From contig CAVRBU010000004.1 of NCBI GenBank assembly GCA_963719315.1, positions 1 to 64,000 on the forward strand: a DNA stretch of 64,000 nucleotides, read 5' to 3'. A program made the position numbers and the translations under genes. The stretch's first letter is position 1; each line of letters begins with the position of its first letter. Below, piece after piece: positions 47,819 through 59,013 of this stretch. Under the pieces are notes generated by a model, which was given only the letters and a program-made list of their open reading frames with translations, searched no databases and was not told the DNA's origin. This DNA comes from an uncultured Planctomycetota bacterium. GTDB taxonomy: Bacteria > Planctomycetota > Planctomycetia > Pirellulales > Lacipirellulaceae.

Positions 47819-47897
47819 CGTTGCTTTGACACCCATGCAACATCATGCTCGATCGTTTAACCGTCGCGTTTAAACTCGGAACGTGTCTGGTAAAGCG

Positions 47898-48755
47898 ATG
47901 TTTGACGACAACTTGATCGACGCGCATATCCACTTGTGGACATTGAATTCCAATGCATATCCATTGGCTAGTAACTCGAAGGCCGCCGCCACGCGGCCTG
48001 CATCGTTTACGCTGGAGGAGTTCTTGGACCATGCCGGCCCAGTTGGGGTGAGGCGAGCCGTTCTGGTGCAATCTGCTTGTTACGGCTTTGATCATTCGTA
48101 CATTTGCGGGGTTATAAGGCAATTCCCAACCCGTTTTGCTGGTGTGGCACTGATTGATGAGAATTCAACGGACCTCGGCAAACAACTTGACGAGCTCCGC
48201 GCGATGGGAATCGTCGGTGTACGTTTGGTGATGATCAACCGTGACGCTGATGCGTGGCTCGACTGCCGTACGACGCAACTTCTGCTGCGTTTAGCAGAGG
48301 CCACGCATTTCGCAGCGTGCTTTCTTTGTGATCCAAACGCTTTGCATGCCATTAATCGCGTATGTCAACAGTTTCCAAAGCTAATCATTGTAATCGACCA
48401 TATGGCAAGAGTTGGCGCAGATGGCGAACTGAATGCTGATCAAATTCGTAGGCTGTGCGGGTTGGCAAAACATGGAGGCGTGTACATCAAGCTGTCCGCA
48501 TTTTACGCGCTGGGGAACAGGACTTCTCCATACTGCGATCTGCTGCCGCTGATTCGCCAACTTCGGGACGCATTCGGCCCGGAGCGGCTCATGTGGGGGT
48601 CTGATTGTCCATTTCAGGTCGCACCGGGGCACGGATATACGCCGTCGTTGGATCTGCTTAGGAAGTATGCGGATTTCCTATCCAACGACGAAAGGCAACA
48701 GATATTGCAAGGTACCGCGCAACAAGTGTTTTTCGAGCGGGCCGTAGAACGATGA
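47898..48755 (+). CDS. Amidohydrolase_2 protein, sugar-lactonase-like
   Basis: IDAHIHLW, IDHMA, YIKLS, FGPERLMWGSD.P. Confidence 0.85.
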   Translation: MFDDNLIDAHIHLWTLNSNAYPLASNSKAAATRPASFTLEEFLDHAGPVGVRRAVLVQSACYGFDHSYICGVIRQFPTRFAGVALIDENSTDLGKQLDELRAMGIVGVRLVMINRDADAWLDCRTTQLLLRLAEATHFAACFLCDPNALHAINRVCQQFPKLIIVIDHMARVGADGELNADQIRRLCGLAKHGGVYIKLSAFYALGNRTSPYCDLLPLIRQLRDAFGPERLMWGSDCPFQVAPGHGYTPSLDLLRKYADFLSNDERQQILQGTAQQVFFERAVER

Positions 48756-48813
48756 CCAGTGCACGCACCGAACCGGCTTGATCAAGTGTCGTGCACGATA
48801 GATTTCGTTTGCC

Positions 48814-49924
48814 ATGATTGAACGTATCACCATTGACGCCGACCGCCTCCTGAACACGTTCTTAACGATTTTGCGGATCAACAGCTATTATCCGAACGAA
48901 GATCAAGTGGTCCGCGCACTTCAACCAAAGCTCGTGCGTACCGGTGTTGAGTTGACCACGGATGAAAACCGCAATGTCTTAGGTTATTGGCCGGGCGTCG
49001 AGAGCGCCGGCCCACCAAGAGCCAATTCTCCTCTGCGCCCATACCGATACCGTGCGACCAACCGACGGACAAAGGCCAATCGTGCGGGATGGCGCGGTGC
49101 ATTCGGACGGCTCGACCGTGCTGGGGGCTGATGACAAGGCGGCCGTTGCGGCGATTGTTGAAGCGATTGAGACGATTGTCGATTCAGGCATTCCACATCC
49201 GCCTGCGGAGATTCTGTTCACCGTTGGTGAAGATGTCGGACATATCGGGTCAAAGGCATTCGACACCACTCGCGTTCGATCCAAAATGGCATTCGTTCCG
49301 GACGCGGACGGGCCGGTCGGTGGCATCATGCTGCAAGCGCCCTGGTCTCAGACGGCGCGGGTCATCTTTCACGGGCGGGCCGCGCATGCGGGCATGGAAC
49401 CTGAAAATGGCCGGTCCGCGATCGCGATGGCCGCTAACGCGATCACACAAATGCAGCTGGGACGCATCGACGAACAGACTACGGCAAATGTGGGAATAAT
49501 CTCTGGCGGCGAAGCTTCAAACGTCGTCCCACCGCAAGCGGAGATCGTCTGGAATGCGCGTAGCCTCGACGAACAAAAGTGCGAGCAGATGTGCTCTAGT
49601 ATTTTAGAGTGCTGTCGCCGGGCTGCTGCTTCTTCCGACGGTACAATCGATGTCGAACTGGTGCAGTTGTTTGCCGGCTTTCGCTTTCACTCCAGTGACG
49701 CCATCGTTGGACGGGCCTCTTCAGCAATTATGTTAGCGGGCATCGAGCCGTGGTATTCCGTCACTTGTGGCGGGAGCGATGCAAGCGAGTTGAATGCCAA
49801 AGGGCTGCCCACGATCGTTCTATCGGTGGGCTATCGGAAGATCCACACTTGCCAAGAGTCGATGCCTCTCATCGAACTGAACCGGCTGGCCCGCGTCTTC
49901 GCGGCACTAATTTTAGGAACGTGA
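48814..49924 (+). CDS. M20-family peptidase, peptidase-T-like (frameshift near 49010)
   Basis: AHTDTV, LGADDKA, TVGED, GRAAHAG, GGSDA, KIHT..E. Confidence 0.85.
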
Positions 49925-50041
49925 GTTAATCATTTAATCATTTGAGCTTGATTGACAACCATCTGTGGCCCGCTTATCAAAAATTATCGGCACACTCCAC
50001 GTGCGACCTTCGAGTCGCTCCCTCCTGGCATCAGGCGTTCC

Positions 50042-51122
50042 ATGGTCTACCTTCATGTTCGTTTTGTCGCTCTTGCTTTGGCAGTGTTGATCGCCGCTCC
50101 CGAAATAGCGTCGGCGAAAGACGGTGTTCTCCGTGTTGGCATCATTGGCTGCGACACGTCGCACGTAGTCGACTTTACAAAGCTCATCAACAATCCGGAC
50201 GCGACCGGTAATTTGGCGAAGGTCGGGGTGACGGCCGCGTTTCCGGGTGGCAGCCCCGACCTGCCAATTCACGCCGATCGCATTGATGGTTTTGTGACGG
50301 AGCTTCGCGAAGGGCGTCGTACTTGTCGATTCGTTGGAAGAGTTGGCAAACAAGACCGACGCGATTCTGCTCGAAAGCGTCGACGGCCGACCGCACCTCG
50401 AGCAGTTCCGAGCCGTCGCCAAGGGAAAACCCGTATTCATCGATAAGCCAACGGCTGGTTCGCTGGCGGACGTGATCAGCATTTTCCGCATAGCGGATGA
50501 AACACAAACGCCCGTGTTCTCATCATCGTCGCTGCGCTACTGCAAAGAGGTGCAAGAGGCAGCCCGCGATAAATCGATCGGCAAAATGATTCGTTGCGAT
50601 ACGGCGGGGCCGCTCGATCCGATGCCTCACCATCCGGACTTGTTTTTCCATGGAATTCATGGCGTCGAGTCGCTGTTTACGATTATGGGGACGGGTTGCG
50701 AAAGCGTCAGCCGAATCGATACGCCCGAGGTAGCAGTGGTCGTCGGCAAATGGAATGACGGGCGCATCGGTACCTATCACGGGCTGAAGAAAAAAGGGAC
50801 GTACGCGTTCACGGTGAAGGGAGACAAGGGTGTCGCCGAGAGGAACGGGTTTAGTGGTTATGACTCGGCAATCGACGAAATCTGCAAATTCTTCATCAGC
50901 GGCAAGCCGCCGGTGAATCGCGACGAAACGATTGAAATCTACGCGTTCATGGAAGCCGCCGACGAAAGCAAGCGGCTTGATGGAGAGCCGGTGTCGATTG
51001 GCGATCTCATAGAGCAGGCCGCACAGAAGTCCGACGGCACCGCGAGCGAAGACCGGAGAAAACTAAGCATCCTACAGTTGGTCCGTAGTATTATTTGCAG
51101 GCCAGATAATGTACCCCATTAG
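50042..51122 (+). CDS. Secreted Gfo/Idh/MocA oxidoreductase (frameshift near 50312)
   Basis: Signal peptide; VGIIGCDTSH, SVDGRPH, FIDKP, FSSSSLRY, HGIHGVE. Confidence 0.85.
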
Positions 51123-51743
51123 GTCGTTCTGGACAGGGCATTTTGGTGGTGAAATGAGGGACAAAAGGTGGGCGGCAGGCGTGGGATTAGCTCGCGTCGT
51201 GAAGGTGGAAAATGCCGCGGCTGTTCGGACGTGGAAGCAGGTGATGTTGGTGTTGAGTTGGCGAATTTCGTGGCGGAAACGGCAGCGAGATCGGCCTCGG
51301 AGACCATGACATTCCCGATGTGTGGTGGGAGGTAATCGAAGCCGAATCATGCCCTATGGCTTAACTGGCTAACGCCGATTCGAGGCTGGTGAGCATGACG
51401 TCAAAGAGGTCGGGTGTGTTGTGGCCGTGGGCAGGTGTCCTTCGAGGACAGGTTGTTGTGGGCGAGTAGGTGGGGTGTGGTATCGGAGATGTGGTGGGGG
51501 CAGGGTAGGGCAGGGAAGTGGGGAGATTCGATGTGTATCAACGCAAATGATTGTTTTGATCTTTGGAATCTCCAGGAAAAATACACAGGTATTGACCCAC
51601 TCGCGCGTTGCACAATGTTGTCGCGGTGCGCGAGCACAGCCTCGGTCACCAATAGATTCTGCGAGCGCCACGTTGGTTTTACCGTTGAACCCAACGTCTG
51701 CAGCGAGGACGGGTTTCCGTAAATATCAAACCGTTCGCACATA

Positions 51744-51769
51744 GTTTCCCGTATTCGTTTCCCGTATTC
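51744..51769 (+). repeat. Tandem 13-bp direct repeat, candidate integrase arm-type site
   Basis: GTTTCCCGTATTC x2, ending about 126 bp before the first tRNA fragment. Confidence 0.5.
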
Positions 51770-51895
51770 GATGCACATTGATGGATATTTGTGTACTTTT
51801 CTCCCAATTCGCGGAGGGGCTTGATCGGCAATTTCGTCCGTGATACAAGCGGATTGCGTTGTTTTCATCACATTGCCTGAAGTGGGTAGACGTTC

Positions 51896-51938
51896 CTGGG
51901 GGTCAAAAGGTCGCAGGTTCGAATCCTGTCGGCCCGAC
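51896..51938 (+). other. 3' half of tRNA-Pro(GGG), att-like scar 1
   Basis: CTGGGGG anticodon loop, T-arm GCAGG-TTCGAAT-CCTGT, acceptor 3' strand CGGCCCGA; no 5' half upstream. Confidence 0.8.
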
Positions 51939-52259
51939 TTACTTACGACGATTTTGAAGCTTAACTGAACTATGCACGTTTCGAATTCACGACACGTAAG
52001 TTCTTATTCGCCGCTTTAGGCCGCGGACAATTTTGGCCAAGAGCGACCGTCTCGATTGGTTGGCCGACCCGTTGCGTCGGCACCCCGCGGAACGCGTCCA
52101 ATTACAAACTGCCTGATCGGCCTTTGGCCTCGTCGCCCCAATTGGGTCGCAACCGATCCGCTTCGCCTCCACCCGTAGGCCTGCTCGGCAATTGCACACC
52201 GCCGAACCTCTGCTTTCATTGCGGGTCTATGGGTATAATTGCTATCCGCAGGACGCCCC

Positions 52260-53119
52260 ATGCAATCAGCCGTGTTTGACACAGAATCGGAAGAGCACTT
52301 CGCCACCTATCTCGACGGCGCGGGCATCGCTGGGATAAGCATCCTGCGATTTCCGGCCAATCGAAAGTTCCCGATTTCGGTTTCGATCATCACGGCGTCC
52401 AAGTATTGAGCGACCTCAAGGAGCGGACGCCCAACGCGGAACAGTTGGAGCAATCGCAGCGGGAAATTGAAGCGGCGATTGCTGGCGAACGTATAAATTC
52501 CGCGAGGCACTTCAACCCCGTCGAACAGGCGCGGCACCTAATCCACCAGGGACGCCGAAAATTCAAAGACTTCGACTGTCATCTGTGCGCCCTGATTATC
52601 TATAACAAAGGTCACCGGGACGTTCAGCTGGACCCGCACACCATTTTTGGGGCGATGCTGGGTGATCCGGGATTTACCCTTTCACTTGACACGGCAACGG
52701 GCCGGGCTGATCCGACTACCTTGCAGAATGAATTCCTGCCCCGCGGCGGTAAGATGATTCGCAAGTACGATCCGCTTACGCCAAGTAAGTCGCTGCGAAA
52801 CATAAGTGCCGTGGTTGCCTTGGAGCGGTATCGTATTCAGAACCCCGCGTTCGCGCCAGCCCACGATGAGCAGGTGCGGCGCCAGACAGTTGAACTTGGA
52901 CGCCCGCTAACCACCGAGGAGCGACTGGCGATTGATTGCTCGCTCATTGAAGGCGGGACAAAGCTCACGCTGGGGGAGACGTGGGGGCTGACCGTTTGCA
53001 CCAACCCATTCGCCAACATTCCATTCCCAGACGATCTATTCGTCGGGCCTTACGACGCACGTTGGTCGATGCTGAACGGCGTAATGACACGCGTGTTCGC
53101 GGGCGAGCAGCGATCGTAA
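52260..53119 (+). CDS. Hypothetical PD-(D/E)xK nuclease-like protein (frameshift near 52330)
   Basis: Joined frames give SEEHFATYL...KVPDFGFDHHGVQVLSDLKE. Confidence 0.5.
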
Positions 53120-53355
53120 TCAATGATGTATCAGGCGGCAAAGTCACACATGTCGGTATTGCCTTGACGTTTGGACTCGTGGTTATGGCCATGATCTACG
53201 CGGTGGGTGATACATCTGGTACACACCATAATCTGGCTGTTTCGCTGGGTTTCTGGTTTGCTCGACGATTGCCAGGCAGCACCGTTGGACCGTACATCTT
53301 CAGCCAACTAGTCGGCGCCCTCGCGCTCGTGCGAATGCAACGTTTAGTTTCCTGA
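53107..53355 (+). pseudogene. MIP/aquaporin fragment
   Basis: THVGIALTFGLVVMAMIYAVGDTSGTHHNLAVS (degenerate SGAHxNPAV), YIFSQLVGA; no start and no second half. Confidence 0.8.
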
Positions 53356-53828
53356 CGCACTTCGTACTCAACTGCTGTCGGGGTGTCGCTACCGAAGCAG
53401 GTAGGTTCCTACAATTCGCGAACCCGGTGGAATTCTATGGACGCAAAACAAGTCAACTTCGCTCGTTTAGACTCTCAAGTAAGATTGGGCATTCGAGATG
53501 CGGCCAAGCCACGCATGAAGTCCGAGCCGGTTGCGATTGCCGGAGTATGGTCCGTTAGGACAACGCAAACGGTCGACGGCAACGTCATCTCTGCTCCTCT
53601 CCCTCCCAATGCTAGAAGGACCGACAATGAAGACCGTCTGGAGATCGGCATTGAAATGGGACCCACCTGGGCGTTGAATCTGGGCCCACCTGGTTAGTTG
53701 GGGAGCGGCCCGCGAGACCCTTCGAAGGTCTCGCGCGGCCGCCTCCGTTAGTTCACTTAATGGGTTAGAGTAAACTCTCCATTTTGTTGCGCGATTTGCG
53801 AACGTTTTGCCGACGGGTCGCCCGAAAG

Positions 53829-54599
53829 CTACTTGCCCTTGGTGGTTCGCTTTTGTTTCATCGACTCCCGGAAGCGGTAGCTTTCACCGTTCATCTCAAA
53901 GATTTCGCAGTGGTGCGTCAGCCGGTCCAAGAGAGCAGCTGTCATCCGTTCTCCCTGAAACACCTGCTGCCATTCGCTGAACGGCAAGTTGCTGGTGATC
54001 AACAGGCTGGATCGCTCGTAGCGATCGGCGAATACCTGGAACAGCAGTTCCGCTCCGCTGCGATTGAACGAGAGATAACCGAGCTCGTCGCAGACAAGCA
54101 GATCGAGCTTGTCGAGCTGCTTCAACAATCGCTCGAGCTGGTACTGCTTCTGCGTCTCTTCCAAGCGATTGACCAGTGTGGCAGCGGTAAAGAAGCGGAC
54201 TCGCTTGCCCAGTCGGCAGGCGGCCAGGCCCAAGGCGATGGCCAGATGCGTTTTTCCAGTTCCCGAACTACCCAACAGGCAGCAGTTCTGACGCTGATCA
54301 ATCCAGCCGCAGCGGGCCAGTTCCAGGATCTTGGGCTTCGAGAGGCCGGGCGCCGCGCTAAAGTCGAATGCATCGAGGTCCTTCTGCACCGGGAAGCCAG
54401 CCTGTTTAATGCGCGCCTGCAGAGCATTGGCACTGCGTGTGGCTAACTCCAACTCCGTCAGGCGCAACAGATAGTCGAGGTAGTCCTGGTTGCTGTTGGT
54501 CGCTTCCCCGGCGAGCTTGCCATACTCGGCCAGCATCGTCGGCAGGCGTAGCGCCTTGAGGTTCGAACGCAGTAACAGGGGCGTTTCTTTCTGGGCCAT
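53829..54599 (-). CDS. istB: IS21 helper ATPase IstB
   Basis: Translation identical to copy 1. Confidence 0.95.
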   Translation of the reverse strand: MAQKETPLLLRSNLKALRLPTMLAEYGKLAGEATNSNQDYLDYLLRLTELELATRSANALQARIKQAGFPVQKDLDAFDFSAAPGLSKPKILELARCGWIDQRQNCCLLGSSGTGKTHLAIALGLAACRLGKRVRFFTAATLVNRLEETQKQYQLERLLKQLDKLDLLVCDELGYLSFNRSGAELLFQVFADRYERSSLLITSNLPFSEWQQVFQGERMTAALLDRLTHHCEIFEMNGESYRFRESMKQKRTTKGK

Positions 54600-56110
54600 G
54601 ATCTTCTCCTCCGTGAGAGAGTAACGAGTCAAAGCGGCGCAAGTCCGGCAGCGGGACTTGCACCGCAGGAATCGATCGCAGCTGCCCGATTAGGTTCGCT
54701 TCGCCGCGGGTGGAGCGCAGCGCCAGTCGCTCGCAGAGCCCAGCAATCCGCTCGGCCGTGACGACGCCGTCGCCGCGGCAGGCCTGGATGGCCTGCTCAA
54801 CCCGAGTCAGCGGGTGCTCTGCCAACAGCTGCAGCACGCGGATGAATTGCCGAGCGCCCGGCAACGATCCGTGGCGTGTTTCAAAATGTTCGCGCAACTG
54901 GGTAAACGCCGCCGGCAGACGCCAATTGCGGTAGACGTCAGTGTGATCCAAATAGGCTGGCTTCACTCCCAGAGTGGACAGGTAGTGCAGCGGATCGAGC
55001 ACTTGCTCGCCCTGTCCGTAGGAGCGCTCGTGCCGGGCAATCCGCTGGCCGTCGCGGATGACTTCGATGCGATCGATAGTGGCTTTTACCGTGACCGTGG
55101 CGAACGCATGCCGCCGCGGCACGCTGTAGCGATTCTTCTCCCAGGCGACCGTCTGGTACTTGTCGACTTGACGGACCTCGCTCACGGCGGCTTCAAACGG
55201 GCGCTCGGGCAGCGGCAAGGCGCTAATCTGCTCTGTCGCGAAGCGCGCCGATCGTTTCGCTGTGGCCCGCAATCGTCCGCCGAGCATCCCGCTCGCAGCA
55301 TTGAAGCAGGTAGGCATTTAGCTCTGTCAGATCCTTCACTTGAGGGACCGGCGTCGCCCACTGGCGCTCCAACAGCTTCACCCGGTTCTCGACGTGCGGC
55401 TTTTCGTTACCGCGAGCCGGCAGGCAGAACAACGGCTCGAAGTTGTAGTGACTGGCCAGCGCCTGCCAGCGCTGGTTCAACTCCCGTTGGCGGCCACGCA
55501 GAATCGTGGTCGCAACGGTTCTTGGATTATCCCACCACAGTTCTTTGGGCACGCAACGAAAAAACGCAAACGCCGCCACCGTGCCATGCAGGATCGCCTC
55601 GGTCTTTTCGCTCGGCAGCGCAATCATAAAGGTGGCGTTCGAGTAGGCCCACGTCACCAGCAGGATCGGAACCTGGCGCCTGCCTTCCGGGAAGTCGACC
55701 CAGATCTGACCGAAGTCGCTCTCGGCCCGTTGGCCTGGCTCGTACGACAAAGGGAGAAACGTTTCGCGCTGCCGCCCCCGCGTCGCGGCCACGTACCTTC
55801 GCACCTGGTCGTAGCTGCCGACGTACTGCTCTTCGTCCCGCAGCCGCCGAAAGAGTTGCGCTCCTGTGTGACGTTGCTTGCGAGGCGCCTGCTCATCTTC
55901 GACGAGAATCGCGCCGATCCATTGCTGGTGCACATCGGTCAGCACCCGCCGCGGTCGCGGTAGCGACAGCGTGTAAGGCCGCGGCTCTGCCTGCGCCAGT
56001 GCCTCGCGGATCTTTCGTCGCGAATGCCCAAACGTCCGGGCGATCTCCCGAATGCTCATGCCATCGCGATGAGCACGACGTATCCTGCCGTAATCCTCCA
56101 CCTTCAGCAT
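54406..56110 (-). CDS. istA: IS21 transposase IstA (one frameshift near 55243)
   Basis: ORFs 55223-56110 and 54406-55317 with HTH and DDE motifs. Confidence 0.9.
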
Positions 56111-58829
56111 CCTTGACTCCGCTTCGCTGAATTCCCCAGTTTAAAAACCGGGAATCCAGCTTACGAAGTCCGCTGCGGTGGGTCCCTTTTCAATGCCGAT
56201 TCCGCACCCCAGGTGGGTCCCGTTTCAATGCCGATCTCCAACCGTCTGCGTCTACACTTTCATCGCCTCTCTGTTTGTCGCGCTCGCGAGCGCTTCTTCT
56301 GCCGCCGATAAGCTCGACCGCACAGTATTGCCGATCGCCGAACCGAACTATCCGCATAGCACCGTGCTCGATGTCCGCGAGGCCAAGGCCCCGCCGCGCT
56401 TCCAGGTCAAGGCGCCGGCCGGCGCGCCCAACGTGCTCATCGTCCTGATCGACGACATGGGATTCGGCATGCCCAGCGCCTTCGGCGGGCCCGATCCACA
56501 TGCCGACGGCGGACCGCCTGGCCAAGACAGGGACTGCGCTACAACCAGTTCCACACCACGGCGCTCTGTTCGCCGACGCGCGCGGCTCTGCTCACCGGCC
56601 GCAATCACCACATGAACAACATGGGCTCGATCACCGAAACAGCGACGGCGTTTCCCGGCAACACAGGGCAGCGGCCCAACAGCGTCACGCCGCTCGCCGA
56701 GATGCTGCGGCTGAACGGCTACAGCACCGCGCTTCTTCGGCAAGAACCACGAGACCGCGCCGTGGGAAGTCAGCCCATCCGGGCCGACGGACCGCTGGCC
56801 ACGCGCTCAGGCTTCGACAAGTTCTACGGCTTCATCGGCGGCGAGACCAACCAATGGGCGCCTACGCTCTACGACGGGATGACCCAGGTCGAGACGCCGC
56901 ATGATCCTGGCTACAACTTCATGACCGACATGACCGACAAAGCGATCGGCTGGATGAAGTTCCAGAAAGTCGCTGACGCCGGACAAGCCGTTCTTCATGT
57001 ACTTCGCTCCAGGCGCCACCCACGCTCCGCATCACGTGCCCGAAGGAGTGGATCGCCAAGTACAAGGGCAAGTTCGACGAGGGTTGGGACAAGATGCGCG
57101 AGGAGACGCTGGCGCGGCAGATCCAGCTGGGCGTGGTGCCGGCGGGCACGAAGCTCGCGCCCGAAGCCCGATGCGATCAAGGACTGGGATACGCTCAGCG
57201 CCGACGAGAAGAAGCTCTTCGCCCGGCAGATGGAGGTCTTCGCCGGCTTCGGGGAGTACTGCGACCACGAGATCGGCCGGCTGGTCGATGCCATCGGCGA
57301 AGTCGGCCAGCTCGACAACACGCTGATCTTCTACATCCTCGGCGACAACGGCGCGAGCGCCGAAGGCGGCATGAACGGCTGTTCAACGAGATGACCTACT
57401 TCAACGGCGTCGCAGGAGACCGTCCAGGAGATGCTCAAGCATTACGACGAACTGGGCGGACCAACGACTTACCGCACATGGCCGCCGGCTGGGCCGTCGC
57501 AGGCGACACGCCGTTCATGTGGACGAAGCAGGTTGCCGGCCAACTACGGCGGCACCCGCAACGGCATGGTCGTCTCACTGGCCCAAGCGCATCAAGGCAA
57601 CGAATGAGGTGCGCTCGCAGTGGCACCATGTCATCGACGTCGCGCCCACAATCCTGGAAGCGCGCGAGTCTGCCCGAACCGAAGAGCGTCAACGGCACTC
57701 CGCAGGAGCCGATCGAAGGCGTGAGCATGCTCTACACGTTCGACCAGACGCCAAAGCGCCGAGCACGCACAAGACCCAGTACTTCGAAATCTTCGGCAAT
57801 CGCGCCATCTACCACGACGGCTGGTTGGCCGGCACCGTCCACAGGGCCGCCGTGGGAGACCAAACCCCGCGCGAAGCTCGAGGAGGACACATGGGAGCTG
57901 TACGACACTCGCCAGGACTTCAGCCTTGCGAACGATCTGGCCGCGAAGAACCCGAGGAAGCTGAAGGAGATGCAGGACGTGTTCATGAAGGAGGCGGTCA
58001 AGTACCGTGTTCCTCCCATCGACGATCGTACCGTCGAGCGCGTCAACGCCGCCCTCGTCGGGCAGGCCCGACCTGATGGGCGGTCGCACATCGCTGACGG
58101 TCTACGAGGGCATGGACGGGATGAGCGAGAACGTCTTCATCAACATCAAGAACCGTTCGCACTCCATCACCGCCGACGTGGAGATTCCCAAAGACGGCGC
58201 GAACGGCGTGATCCTCGCCAGGGCGGACGGTTCGGCGGCTGGAGCCTCTACCTGAAGGATGGCAAGCCGACTTACTCCTACAACTTCCTCGGGCCTGAGC
58301 GAATTCAAGGTCGCTGCACGCAAGGCGCTGGCAGCCGGGTAATGCCACGATCCGCGTCGAATTTCGACTACGACGGCGGCGGAGTCGGCAAGGGCGGCAC
58401 AGCCACGCTTCTCGTCAACGGCGAAGAAGGTCGCCAGCGGGACGGATCGAGCGCACCAACGCTCACGATCTTCTCGGCCGACGAGACGGCGGCTGTGGGT
58501 GTGGATGACGCCACACCGGTCACCGACAGACTACAAGGAGCGCGACAACGCCTTCACTGGCAGGATCATGAAGGTCACCCTGGATGTAAAGCCCATCGGT
58601 GCGGCGGACAAAGCCGAAGCAAACGCGGCTCAGCGCAACGCAACAGTTAAGAAAGCCTTGTCCGATTGATTAATCGATGTGAACCACGCGGCCAACGGCG
58701 GGCCGAATTTCCGTGTCGCGCGGATGCTGCCCCATCGAAGCGGAAAACGCGAATTGCGCCTCGCCTCGGTCGCATCGCCCGGGAGCACCAACGCGCACAT
58801 CGGGGCAGGGCACAATCACACGTATTACG

Positions 58830-58849
58830 AGTGCAGAGTTAGTGCAGAG
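58830..58849 (+). repeat. Tandem 9-bp direct repeat, candidate integrase arm-type site
   Basis: AGTGCAGAG-TT-AGTGCAGAG, ending about 121 bp before the second tRNA fragment. Confidence 0.45.
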
Positions 58850-58970
58850 AAAAGCACGCGACGGGACGATAAGCAAAGCACTTGCGTGAAAAGAACGTGA
58901 AAGCTACGTTGATCAAAAGTGGCTGATTTGTCGGCACTTACGCATCTACTTTGCATTTCTGCTGGATCGT

Positions 58971-59013
58971 CTGGGGGTCAAAAGGTCGCTGGTTCGAATC
59001 CAGTCGGCCCGAC
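58971..59013 (+). other. 3' half of tRNA-Pro(GGG), att-like scar 2
   Basis: CTGGGGGTCAAAAGGTCGCTGGTTCGAATCCAGTCGGCCCGAC; matches scar 1 except for a compensatory T-stem pair. Confidence 0.8.

Larger units (their letters stand above)
53639..56240 (-). mobile_element. IS21-family insertion sequence, copy 2 (2602 bp, 6-bp TSD ACCGTC)
   Basis: Reverse complement of copy 1; ACCGTC at 53633-53638 and 56241-56246. Confidence 0.97.
53627..58669 (+). pseudogene. Arylsulfatase interrupted by IS21 after codon 4, with many further frameshifts
   Basis: AAGGA RBS + ATG AAG ACC GTC at 53627, resuming at 56241 with a signal peptide, DRTVLPI, PNVLIVLIDDMG, CSPTR, GDNGAS and GNRAIYHDGW. Confidence 0.85.

Noticed and set aside
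51860..51940. Intact tRNA-Pro genes here and at 58935-59015
   Set aside because: No 5' acceptor strand, D-arm or 5' anticodon-stem strand upstream; only 3' halves are present.
4231..56240. 52-kb composite transposon bounded by the two inverted IS21 copies
   Set aside because: Copy 2 has its own 6-bp TSD inside a sulfatase gene, and the outer flanks (AACGAC vs ACCGTC) do not match, so the copies are independent insertions.
56178..56615. IS-derived new N-terminus rescuing the sulfatase
   Set aside because: The ORF start lies within the IS terminal repeats with no evident RBS; no support for expression.
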